A stretch of DNA of 63,836 nucleotides, filler included, from Sphacelaria rigidula (taxonomy: Eukaryota), in the NCBI GenBank assembly GCA_964200075.2. It is 5 parts of 5 records of this genome, joined end to end, with 100 filler letters (N's around TTAATTAATTAA, not from the genome) between each part and the next. Parts side by side here need not be neighbours in the genome. Positions count along the whole stretch, not along the records: positions 38,369 to 51,053 come from CAXNAA020003502.1; positions 51,154 to 63,836 come from CAXNAA020003503.1; 3 more parts are not named here. One strand, 5' to 3'. The number at the start of each line of letters is the position of its first letter. Position 1 is the first letter of the stretch. Below, in pieces: positions 47,751-60,281 of the stretch. The position numbers and the translations under genes are program-made. The notes under the pieces were generated by a model. That model did not search any database. It was given only the letters and a program-made list of their open reading frames with translations, and was not told the DNA's origin.

Positions 47751-50599
47751 CCTCCTGAAGTGTCGAAAACAATATCTAGATATTACAGCCTCTTCCAGAC
47801 GATCTGGACAAGAGGACTATCAACGAGGGACTCCCCCAGTATAACTGGCCTCGTGCTCGATACGTCCTTTCTTCTGACTTGTTATTATCACGGAGTGATC
47901 CTCAACAGATCACATCACGAGCGACAGCAAGGGGCCCCACAGATAAGTGCCATCAATCCAGGATCTCCTGTCTCCTGCCACTGCTCAAATCATGCATGCG
48001 ATTATATTGAAACCTACGGCTTGGAATCATTTGGCTTCAAGTCTCTGTGGCTGTGACGCTTGATTCGCGAAGCAAATGTTGACATCCCCGTGTCTATTTT
48101 CTCGTGGCGAAATATTATGTTTCGTTCATTCGGAGCTTCGTTTTTACGTGTGATACCATTCAATCCGGCGATGTGCTTGCCCGAAGCATCCGCTCGAGTG
48201 TATTGGTTGGGCAACTGTGATTTGGTCATTACGGATCTCGTTTTCAATTGAGCAGTGATGGAGATATCATATTCGTCCATTGATTTTTTCCTCTCTTCGT
48301 TCGCTGGTTTGCGTCGTAGGTTTGAAAAACAATTGTGGCGGCGGGGAGTACCGGAATGGCATACCGAAAATCATCGGGGTGCGGGTACATGATTCCTTTC
48401 GTGTATCTGTCGTATGCTGCAACACCTTGGTAGCTATCGCTTTCACTTTCCTACGGGTGAGTTTACCTTAACCTGGTTCTCACGGTGTTCTCGGGATGTC
48501 CCTAGGCCTCTTTTTAGGGATCCTGGGCAGCGCTTAGCAATCCATGACGCACATAAGATAAAGTCGATGTTGGCTGTACAGTGACGACCTAGTCGATGAG
48601 CATCGCTAGGGTAATGCTCCTTGTTGACCGTGGTAATGTGTGAAGGGACCGGGGGATGCCAATATGACGAGAGAGAGGTGATGCTGGGAAAGCATCTGTG
48701 AGATGAAGCCTGGTTCGTTCCACTACTCTTGTAACTAACCCTTATCCTGGAAAAGCATAGAAGATAGATGAGAAGAGGGAAGGGGGGCGTGGGAGAAGGA
48801 GGAAGTAGAGAGGGACGTACTGACGTCGTCGGTGTTCGGGAAATATCGAAGAACCATGCCATGGTCGTACAAAGATGAGACATCAAAGCCGCGAAGCACA
48901 CCTGACTTGGTGCTTTTTGGTGGTGTTCCTGTGGGAAGGACTGAGGGGTGGAAGGGAGGGGGGACGGAGTACAGGAGGACACACAAAGGTAGAGGGCGTA
49001 CGGAGATTCGGAGAGACACATTATGGACAAACCAATCGGACGGACCCAGCAAAGGAAAGAATGGACGAACGAACAACGGGATCGTATGGTGTGGTGTGGT
49101 GCGGTGCGGCAAAGTACGATACGGCACTAAACGATGGTAACAGGGGGAATCATGGTCTATTTGCATCCTTTTCAGCTGCTAGTAGTCTCGGATGCGTGAA
49201 GAGGGCAATAAAGGGAAGACGTAAGGGTAGGGCACTAAAATAGTTTCTATCGTGGCGCTGCCGTGTGTGGTATGTCTATAATGAGGACAAAAACATTGAA
49301 AAAAAAGTTGGGTCAATAGTTGACGGTGGTCTAAGGGTATGACGCGGGAACTAAGTACTGCGAAGGGACGATGAGTGTTGGTGGTGATGCTGTACGGGGA
49401 TTGGGGTTGATATGGGAGGACAGTGCTGCACGGGATAAGGTACTAGGGCTTGTAATCGCACTTGTTTCGTGTTCAGAGTGCCCTGGCGACTAACATAGCG
49501 AGTATTCAGGTCCTTTCGAGCAGTCTGTTGTTGCAAACATGTGATTGTGAAACTGTATGACAGACGCTAATCCTGTGATAGCGATGGAATCCTCTTGATG
49601 AAGCAGGGTATGCGGAAAGGGATGGGTGGGGGGGGGGGGCGCGGTCTGACATTGCACACTTAGTTGACCAAACAGCACACAATGGTGTTTCTCTTCAGCA
49701 AGGCTGAATGTAGTGGTAGTGGTGTGTTTGTTTTGTAGCACCCATGCATAACGATAGGCAAATTACAGCCAGTAGCTGTGTTTTTCCGTCATACACCCTC
49801 GGCTACTGCGGAGTGATCGCAGTGATGGAGGGTGCGCGTGACAGTGTAGTGATGATTTTGCTGCCTCATTCTGTCTTGTCTGTGCGGTGTTTCCACTATC
49901 GTTTGTGGTGGTTTGAATAGTTGAAGTACGTGCATGATGGAACAGGGCGGGGAAAGCAATTCATCAGTAGATATACACACATTTTACGTGGTTTCACCAA
50001 GTGTTGCAGTCATCATGATCAATGTGTATAGGTACATGTGGAGCTGCGTCAGGCAACAAGTCTGCGACAGCGGTGCCACCCTCTTGATGAAGCAGCGCAT
50101 GCGGGACGGGGTAGGGCAGGCGGCCGGGGGGCGGCGGGCAGGGGTGGGGAGGGGGAGGAGGATATTAACATTTCCCACTTACTTAGTGTCAGGAATGACC
50201 TCTTCTTGACGTCCCGGTGGCGTGTCTTTCGTTACTGTGGTGGCTACTTGTTCTGGCTACCCAAAAAGCTTTGCCTGCCTCGTTCTCTGCTACCTTCCTG
50301 CTTGTGTATATACTAGTTCTGCCATGTCTTGTATTCTGACGGTGTGCAATACTCACCCAATGGGGTAGGAAGCGTTGGGGTGATTTGGCCGTGTGCCTCC
50401 TGACGAGGTTTCCTTGTAGGAGTATGTAAATGCGAGAGTCAACTTACTTTGGAAGTGTATTGGGTGAGTGGTGAAAATGCTGGGATAGATTAACAAACGC
50501 TCATTATTGATATATCTTTTTGTCTCTTCCTTATTTACTTCCTACGCCAACTGCCCAAGATGAGGTATACTGAAATTAAAAGTAATAAAATCGAACCTA

Positions 50600-50980
50600 G
50601 AGAAATTCGCGCAGACGTGATACATTATATATATATAATGAAAGAATAAATACATGAAAAATAACGACGAAATAAATGAATAAATAAAGAAATATCTGCA
50701 AAGAACTCTGAATATATAAACGGAGAGAATATCAATGAATAAATGAATAAATGGGTGAATAAACGACACATGAAGAGTGAATGGGGAAATTGATGAGTTA
50801 ATGACTAAATACATAATGCATAAATGAGTAAATGAGTAAATGAATAAATGAATATAAATTCATAAACGAATAAACGAATAAATACATGAATGAACAAATG
50901 CACGTAGAAGTAAATACATACAAACTAATGAATTAATGAAAAAAAGGTAAATATTAAGAGTAAATAATACAACGAAGAAA
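50600..50980. repeat. AT-rich degenerate (AATA/AATG)n low-complexity tract
   Basis: aaatgaataaatgaata and taaatgagtaaatgagta, next to a gap. Confidence 0.8.
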
Positions 50981-51162
50981 TGATGTGTTGTGTTGTCATC
51001 CCATTTATTCTGGGCACCAGTCTACATCTTTCGGTGTATGTGGGTGCATCAGCNNNNNNNNNNNNNNNNNNNNNNNNNNNNNNNNNNNNNNNNNNNNTTA
51101 ATTAATTAANNNNNNNNNNNNNNNNNNNNNNNNNNNNNNNNNNNNNNNNNNNNAGGGGGGAA

Positions 51163-51206
<44 letters not shown>

Positions 51207-52094
51207 TACTTATTTGTTGCTTGCCTTAGTCGTTTCATCATTGACCACGCATCCCTTTCGACAGGGAGGGTATTTGATTGCACGAAAAAAGAGGCTCCTT
51301 AGGGTATCAGACGACCTGCCACACTCGTGGTGCGCTTGTATTTGGTTCAAAACGGTGTCAATCGGTGTGAATGAGCGTTATTTATCTAGAACAAGCTCGT
51401 TCGAACAATCGTTGCTGCTTTCAACGACGATTTGACTCGGAATTTTGTGCAAGAACTGGCCCAAAATACCCCCCACCCCCCCACCCTATCGTAGAATGAC
51501 TCTCCGAACCTTTGTTTTGGTTGGACTACTCTACTATTGATACCAGTCTGGAGTCATCTCACGTTGTCAAACGGATATCCTCGGCGTAAAGAGGGAAAAA
51601 CACTACACCGGTTGTCTAGGATGTACTCAAATGGACTCGCCGCACTTGACGAGAGTGCAATCTCTGGCAGAAACGTGTGCATATAGCTCCCCACCATCCG
51701 CGAGGTGACACTCTTCATCCGTAGAGCCAAGCCTTCAGTCCCCAAATTACATTGGCTTGTTGAGGTGAGCACGGGTATCCTTCCGGGGGCTACAGGTTCA
51801 CGCCTGGATCGCTCGATTCAAATCGTGCATGTAGGGAAGATCAGTTCGTACTTGCTGCTGAACGTATCGACACTCGAAGAGACTCCTGCGTAGCCACGGG
51901 TGCTGCTTTGTCTGCTCCTGTGTTGATTGATTAATTGACTGACTGATTGATTGTCGCACTTTAACTGACCCCGCAGAGATCCAGCCGTGGTCGCACGATA
52001 GACGCACCCAAGAAAAAACAACACTGAAACACTTGCTGAAGAAAAAAAAAGGAACAGAAAAAAGTAGACCAGAACGACATAGTAGACTGAGACG

Positions 52095-52900
52095 TGTCAG
52101 CTTCATGAAAACCGCGCTTGGACGACCACTGGGGTCTTCTCTTCACTTGCGAGGCCGTCTTTGTCGCAGTTCCACCTGAAACGAAATCTCGATGGAAAAA
52201 ACGTGCACGTCTTTCGGCGGCACCATCCATATTGCGCAACATCGTCATCATTCATCGATCTGTACTCCTCAGCAATACTTGCCTTCCAGCCATTATGGCT
52301 GGCCCTGTAACTACTTCGCTGAAGTGTTTTGGGCCGGCGGGCATGTACCCAACTTCCCCCGGAGAGTCAATCTCTAGTTTACGGGCTAGTACTCCAGTCA
52401 TTAGTGCATATTCAACATCGGCGTGCGTGCCATCGTGAGCAGTGCTGAGGGACTATTGGACACCTCCGGGAGGTAGGCCCTTTTGTCTAGCACTTGGGCA
52501 ATCTATCAGCTGCCGTTGCCGGTGTCCATTTGTTTTTGTTACCCCTTCACTTGTGCGTTCGATCGTTTCGGAGTTGACTCGGGTTCCTTCTCATCCAAAT
52601 CTTCCCTATCTTCGAATCCTGCTTGCAGTGGGTCGTTAAGCGGTAACGATTTTTACGTATACTCTATTGATGCCTTTATCACGTTGCGCTATTGTTTCTC
52701 CTTGAACCATAATTCGGCCTGTAGCCTCGCTAGGATGTCATGCGCGGCCTGCATTCGACTATCATCGTCTACGCGATACTTAGCCTCAAGTGCTTTTACC
52801 GCGACGCGACCATCGCCGAGCTCGGCATTTCCCATCGGAGAACATGCTTGTGCAACCTGAGCAGCAGTAGTCGCGATCTTTCTGGTGAGTCCGTTGTTGC
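52095..52900 (-). mobile_element. Ty1/copia retrotransposon remnant (gag fragment + RT N-terminus)
   Basis: gag-type GDGRVAVKALEAKY (~52780-52830); pre-RT PKHFSEVVTGP/HNGWKASIAEEYRSM; RT start VPPKDVHVFPSRFRFRWNCDKDG...K..VV/RGFHE. Frameshifted. Confidence 0.75.
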
Positions 52901-55900
52901 CATGAGCATGCTTGTGAAGGAACGTCCATGCTTTCCGTCTAACCGATGCTTTTGCTTCCGGGGGCGTACGAGCTATGGGGGTGTACGATCAGTCGGGGGC
53001 TTGCTTGAAGTTGTCTCCACTTAGACATATATACCGCCGAAGCAGCTGTACAGGTTGTGTCTGTACTGCAGTGGTAGTGCACGGGAGTGGCACGTGAAGA
53101 GGCAAGGCGGTTACATAAAGCCAAGCAAGCCTATTTCTGAAGTTAAAACATTGAACTAGTAACACCGCAGACTGCTGTCCTCGACACTCCCTCAACGCAC
53201 ACACACACACACACGCCTCCTTCGGGAGGAAATACCACCTTTTGGAAACAAAGAAAACTGAGGGAAATAAAAATTGTAAAATTAAGTAGGTGTCGACTCA
53301 GCGTTGGCGTCAAACATTTTCTGGAGCTACACTGCGCACAATGAATATTTCTTAATTCAGCGAACAACTCTCACCAAGTAGTTCGGGATATCACAGAATA
53401 AAAAATCAAGTGGTCGCAGATTCGACACTGTAACGAAGTACAGAAGCTATTTTGTCCGCTGAAACTCATTTTTTTGTACATTACAATCCAGCTGACTGGT
53501 GTATTTTTTAGAATGCCGTATAATCAGGCATATACTCACAAGTTATGGTTTTACCAAGTGCATACTTATAGGTAATTATATATATATATATGCCAAACAT
53601 TACAGAACAATCTACGGACTCGAGGAAAGCAGGATATGTGCTGGAAACCCCCCAAAGCAGCCACCAAAAGCCAACGTTAGTGACGTGGTGTCTTGTTTTC
53701 CATTTCCGGGTGCCCTTGGCTGAGTGAGTGATGAAGGACACTTTCTACGATCCCCCCCTCCCCAAACCAGCCCAAAAGTGTCACGAAAACAAATTCCATA
53801 CAACGCCTGATGTTTGGGTTTAACCAACATGCAGAGCCTCATATGGGCGACATTGGCGAGAACGAACCCAATCGTGGGAATTCCCAGCTGCTCGTTGTGC
53901 TCGGCTTTTTTCATCTCGATTTCCGTAAAGATTTTGCCTCCCCAAAACAAACACTTTTCGGGGGGGAGGCTACCTTAGAAAGTGTCGAACCATGATCGAG
54001 AAGGGTGTGACGAAGTGTGCAATTTTGTCCCCTATGCTACAGAAGGTGCCCGCTACTGAGAAGGAGTAGCCTACTAAGAAATCAGGCCTTGATGTTCGAA
54101 AAAACAAGGGACAGTAGACAAAAGTGGGCGAACCCACCATGGACAAAAGTGGGTATACGCACCGACTTCTACGCGAAATGTAGGTACAGGCAAACACGAC
54201 TCCGGAATCTTCCAGTGCTAGCCCGAACCACTCAAACCTCAGTCGCGATCGAAACGGTACACGTCCACAATCCATGAAGAGCAAGAAGATCAGATTTCGC
54301 GAACTCTCGGGTGCTACTCTGGGCGACACAACACCGCGGAGTACAAGGGCCTAACAGGGCACCTACTTTCGTCTAACGATCGGATGAGCATACCCACCAG
54401 TTCCTACTATTTTTATCTAGTAGGTATTTTGTCCAAAATGTACCCATTTTTTGTCCAAGTTTTCCCCACTTTTGATTACTCTCAGCCCTCCAAAGCCACT
54501 CCCACGTCACCGCGCGGCGGAGAATCAAATGGGCTAAGAACGTCTCAAACATCCTGTTTTACCTCTTTCTGCTGCCTGGAGACTGGACGCCACGCCCTCG
54601 GTGATTCCCACCCCACACAAACGAGACACTCGCGGGGTGACTATAGCAACACACCGCAGAACCATTGTGTGCGCCCGCGCAAACGGCAACTCAAATTCAC
54701 CCAACGGTACACAACGCAAACGGCACAGCAAAATACGGGACATATTGGACCAAGCTGTCCATCTCTCACTCGTTACCCACAAACGTGAAGCAGAGTGCTT
54801 CATCGCTTCAATCTCGTCGTCCGCGTAGGTCTATGCCGTTCTCCAGAAGGAGGGAACGTCTAACTTACAGTAGAAGGTTCCTGCAGGTGCCGTCTCTGTA
54901 GCTTAATAATATGTCTGGTCCCCAAGCAAACTAGAGATTCATCAATGAGGGTAACAAGCACTGTGTCTTGCTTCTATGTGGAGATACTGCATACGTACAT
55001 GTCTCACGGCTTGGCCCTGCGTTATGCATTTTGGCGAGTATAATAGAGAACACCCCATTGTCGGGTATTGGTCAAGGAATAACACAGACACCATTCGGTT
55101 ACCGTCTGAAAAACAGTAACCGAATCGCCTACCACCTGGCAATAACCTGCAAGTGAAATGTCGTCTTTGATCGATTTTGTAGAGATTGTTGAATCATCTA
55201 AATGTGCGTGTTCCCTCCGTTCCGTATTATAAGCTGGATATGGACCAAATGCGGTCTAACTCCGGTCTATGTTACCATTTTTTCCAACCATTTTTTTTCT
55301 TCGATTTCGTCTCTTCCGCGCGGATCGGCCAGAACCAGTTTTTTATTTATTTCCCTCCAAAAAAGGTTCTCCCACCCGAGCAGAAGTAGCTCGAAATCAT
55401 CACCCTCGTTTTTCAGCTCCGGTCAAAAGCCTTCCCATCGTATCTATGATGGTGAGACACGTCAGCTGTTTGGAGTGCCTGCCAGGAGCAAAAACGCAAG
55501 AATTTCAACGATTTGGAAAGAGAAGAGATGGTTCGGTACCTCCTCGCCGGCAGCAAAGATGGGATTCTTGAGCGAGGTGCATACCTGCCAAGCTTGACCC
55601 CCCCTCTCCTCTGGAATCAATGTCCGGGCTTCCCCATTCGGCATAAGAGACGTTGTTGTGATGAACACGCACGTAAAGTCCATTTTTCAACCGTGGTGAT
55701 GCATGATCAGCGCGGTTGGCTCGTTTCTTCCCGTGGCTGGGTATAATCAAGCTGTATTTTCCGCGATTCATCAACTAGGAGACAATAACCAAAAATCCCC
55801 TCCCTGTTCAACTTTTTTTTCGATGTGATATTCGATGGTATATCAAGGCTGCCCGACGTCCCGCAGTGGCTAAGTGACCTACTTTTTTAGCATATAGTAC

Positions 55901-58379
55901 AACCCACGCGTATATTCGGAAATCCTCATCTAGCTTATATTGCGGATCGAAGGGAGTATATCTTATTCAGTATACGTGTGTTTGAATTATGCTCATCATC
56001 TTAATATCCAGGTGTGCGAGTGTGTGAATCTAGCTTATTATTGTGCAGTCTTGCCCCGTTTCGTACACGACTTGAATTCATAATGCCGTGATACCCCCCC
56101 CCCCCCCCCCCGAAACCAGCCCTTAGCTTGGTCCGGCAGAAACCCGGCGTGATCCCTCCCGGCTTTGTACGGGCGGACCCCCGATGGGGTTGGCATCGGT
56201 TGGCAATGATGCTGTAAAACACGCCACCCACTGCGTTAGCTAGGTAACCAGGTTACCAATGTTGTTTGCGGTCTCACGTAAACGTTTTTTTTTGCGGTAA
56301 TTATGATTGTGGTAGAGTGTCATTTCTGCGCAACGAGGATGATCGAACAACGCAGCGTTCGAATGGTCAGACGCCCATGAGGCAGTGTGTAAGCCGTGAC
56401 TGTCTCTGGAAGTGGCGATACCACAGAACGAAGCAACTCATTGTGGGCTGCCATCCAAATGTAAGATGATCAGTAGGCATCGGGCCGAACAATCTTGGCA
56501 GGATGCAGCTCACCCTTTATGCCACTCGCGAAACAAAGCACGGCGCTTCGCGCTTGGTGATTTGAATGCGAACCTGGTCCGGCGAAAACCCGGCGTGCTT
56601 CGTCCTGGCTTTGCAGGGATGCGAGGTCAACGGTCTCATGACGATGACATGCGAGATCATAAGAGTATACATACCCCCCCCTATGCTATGCAGAGCTTGT
56701 TTAAGCAATTGTCGTAGTTGGGTACGTTCCTAAACTGTATCGTTCAGTACCCTTCCTAAACACTCGGCAGTTTCAGCGTTGATGAATACCGGGACAAGAA
56801 GTAGATCGTGCTCAGGACACAATCCTCACGTCGGTGTTGTCGGAGTGATACGGAGTGAGTGCCTCGTTTATTATCGGGGATATATTATAGACCGTCACCG
56901 ATCCAAAAAATCCAGTTGTTCGGCTCTAGCGCAGTTAATACGTGGAGATTCACAAAAGCATTCCTTGCATTTTTCACGAGAACGACCGCAATTGCTTCAA
57001 TCGAGCAAAAACACCTAACGGCCAGGACCTGGGGCTGGATAGTCGCAGGATCCCGAAAACTGGCCAGCTCGTGAGCCGTTCAGTAGTGAGTGCAGATACG
57101 ATTCTGTTTCGGAATGTGGGGCGAATGCTTGGTATCTCCCGATCCCGAAACTTTGGGATCAAAAGCTCAGTGGGATGAGCGACGGCACAGGGAAAAACTA
57201 ATGAAAATCGCCGACTACGAAAAATTGCCAAAATCCCCTTTTTCACAGCTGTGGACAACCGTATATTATAGCCCCTTCTCTGCTGGCAGCTTGTTGGGGA
57301 GAGATTCGGAGTTTCGTGCTGCAATATACTATTCACGTTGGTTCTACCGGTAGAATTAATGCTCTCACTGTGCAAATATCGTGCATTATTGCGATAAGCT
57401 ATATCTGTACAGCAGCAGTAGAGACGGCGCGAAGCAAAAGTGTTACGTATCGTGTGCAAAGAGGTCTGCATTATTTCCGGCATATAATAGTGAGTCATGC
57501 CAGATACAGATGGGAATGGGATAGAACCGTTCCCCCGTCGCCTCAGCTGGTAGTGCTGCATTGCCCATGGTCAATGTCGCGATTTCGCTTGAAATAATGA
57601 GCTAGGTGTACAGTGAGGGGAATCGACCTATCCCCTTCCCTGATGAAAAGAGGTGATTTTGACTCCCCTCTATCGTTGAACGACTCGCGTGTGAGTTCAT
57701 GTACTTTCAAGTATCAGGAAAACAAATCCCCGGTGTACGTGTCTAATTGGCATATTGGGGGCCAAACGGCAAAATCGTGGAATCAACGACGGGTGCATAT
57801 ACATCTACAGATATTATCCGCTGCCGGCGGCTGCTTCGCCAAAAATCGCGCGTTACAACGGACCGTTCGGCTCTGTGAAACATAGAGCTTACTGTCCTGT
57901 GTGTGAGCTACGGCGTCCTGGCGATACGGGACTCCACACCTCGATCTCGAGCCACGCACAGCGCGGAGGCAAACCTGAAGGACCCGGCTGCGAGTCACTG
58001 AACACGAGTACATGATCTCGTTGTCCAAACTTGGAGCAAGCAAACGGTGCTACAAAAAGCACCAGCAGCGCGACATGATTGTACAGATCATGTGCCGGTA
58101 CCTTCGCATAGGTTGCTTCAACCCGAAATGAACTCTCCCGTTGAATTATTCACGGTCGTGCGTTCATGTGTCGGAGCCCGGAAATCGCTTCGTGATCGAA
58201 ATTGTCCGTGTGACATGAACACTCCGCGGGACTGTCAGATTCGGGTCATTGAACACCCACAACTTGCAGTGGTCGAATTTGACTTGATTTCGAAATGGAC
58301 TCACAATGACAGTCCCGTGCGGGAATTTTCCGACGGGTACTACTCTTCTTCTTTTTATTCAAAATTGTGAGCGGACACC

Positions 58380-60281
58380 AGAGCGAGTGTGGGAACTTTC
58401 ATGGAAACATTCACAGCGGGAAGTATGCATGGCCCCCAAGTGCCCAGACAGGATAGACAGCACGCACACCGTCCTCCACATCTGCATCATTCCTTCCCTC
58501 GACATCCACCTGCACCGTTTTCTGCCACCATCTCCACATCGTTCCAAGAACACATCCAAATTTCAACAGAACTAGCGATCCTCCGTTCACATACTCGTAC
58601 ACGGGAAACAACACACCTCTGCAACGCCGTCAAGCCGTGAGACATCTTGAGCAACAAGAACGCACCGTCTACGGATCACGGGCTTCACCCTTGCACCACG
58701 TCCACTGCACTGTACCACAAGGTAAGCAAGCATCATATTGTGAGCAGCGCTACCAGCACTTGGTCAATTTCGCTAGCCATGTTTCGAAATCTGAGCACAC
58801 ATTGCTTCCAGCGGCTGAGGTATTGTACACACCAACCTGTACCTGAGGTACAATTGAGCGTCCGACCTCTCCAGGATTCAAAACAGACTACTGTACTGTA
58901 GTCGCCATGAGCTCTCTTGGCTCCAGATGGATGCAAATTTGCGCACACCTGAGATGGGTCCTGGCGTAACCTTCGCACACTCCCTATCGCCCCATCTCCC
59001 TGCTGCCTTTCCCGCGCGTGTTGCTTCAGACTAGAGTCGCAGGCGCGTTACCACTTCAAACACGAGCATGACCGGACCGTGGACTGCGCACCAAGATACC
59101 AACGGGAACCCCTGCTGGTGAGTCGTTGTTCATGTGCAGTTACGAATCCATCTTGGGTCCTGCACTTTGATGCCTGTTTGACGAATTGCACTCGCCGAAC
59201 AGTCTGCAAGACCGCCTATTTCAAGCTGCAACGGCAACATTGTAACAATTTACTCAACAGTGAAGAACACTGTAGAATATCCGCATCAGTACTCTGCGCG
59301 GTGTTCACGCAGGCCGTGGTGCTGGTCAGACCGCAGGAAGTCTTGATTGTACGATGCAGTACAGTGCATGAGGAGTCACGCGTGTGTTGGCGGCAATGCC
59401 GCATTGTCGGCAGCAGACAGCGACCTAAAGCAACAGATTAGCCGTTTCGAGGCACGACCACTTCGCCACCCTCCTACTGTTGTACTGTACTACTGTACAG
59501 TACTGTACTGTACATTACGTGTAATTCGTGATGTACTGTAATGTAATAATGTATAGCTGAGAGAGACGCACAGACAGGTCACAGGTGGCGACCATTAGTG
59601 TGTAATGGTAGGACTGCAACGCTGCAGGCTGCAGATCCGGCGATATCCGTCTCGTGATATTCGTGTGTACTGCATCCGCTTTTTCAGAGTGCCAGCATGC
59701 ACGGATTACAAGAGCGAGCTTCAGGCCCCGCTGACACATCTCAGCAAATTCCTCGTATGCATACGCGTAGTACCGTGTTTCCGAGCTCAACTTGACTCGC
59801 GGCCGCCTTACCCTCGAACATACGCCTGTTCTCGGATCCATCTTTTGTTTATCATTTTCGCCATACTGTATCTTCAATCCCGCCCGCCCGTTTCTCGGAA
59901 CGAGTCCTGTCTCAATGGATTAACTCTTATCTCCCCCAGTATACATACGCTATACAATATGCACATCGAACAGAACGTAATGCTGAACGCTTGTGAGTTC
60001 CACTACCACATTTGCGCTCATCACCTCCAACCCCTCCACCCCCCTCCCCATGTCCGCGCCCGTCGCCCCAAAATCCGACAAACATACTTGTCCACCTCAG
60101 GCAAAACCGCACCACAGGCGAGTGGGTGTACAGCAGCGGTAACGTCATACCGCAGCCTACCGTCCACCACATCGGCAGTAGCTACGCGCCGCAATACAGC
60201 TATCAACCCGGATCCGCGACGTATATTCCGGGCATGGTGCCGCAGGAACAGGTGCATGTGATACCAGATGACGAAGATTAG
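58380..60281 (+). CDS. Possible multi-exon gene of unknown function
   Basis: Exon-like segments with good splice sites: 59030-59117 (cttcag|...CTG|gtgagt), a donor near 58721 (gtaag), and a terminal-looking exon 60101-60281 (QNRTTGEWVYSSGNVIPQP...VIPDDED*). I could not build a fully phase-consistent model. Confidence 0.3.

Noticed and set aside
42700..48100. Paired LTRs of the gypsy element
   Set aside because: No recognisable direct repeat between 42700-43300 and 47750-48300, and no clear PBS or PPT.
48014..48280. Kinase-like HRDLKP motif in an 88-aa ORF
   Set aside because: No Gly-loop, VAIK, DFG or APE motif in frame or in plausible neighbouring exons; likely chance.
59605..60261. 218-aa plus-strand ORF as a single-exon gene
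   Set aside because: It runs through pyrimidine-rich intron-like sequence and has no recognisable domain.
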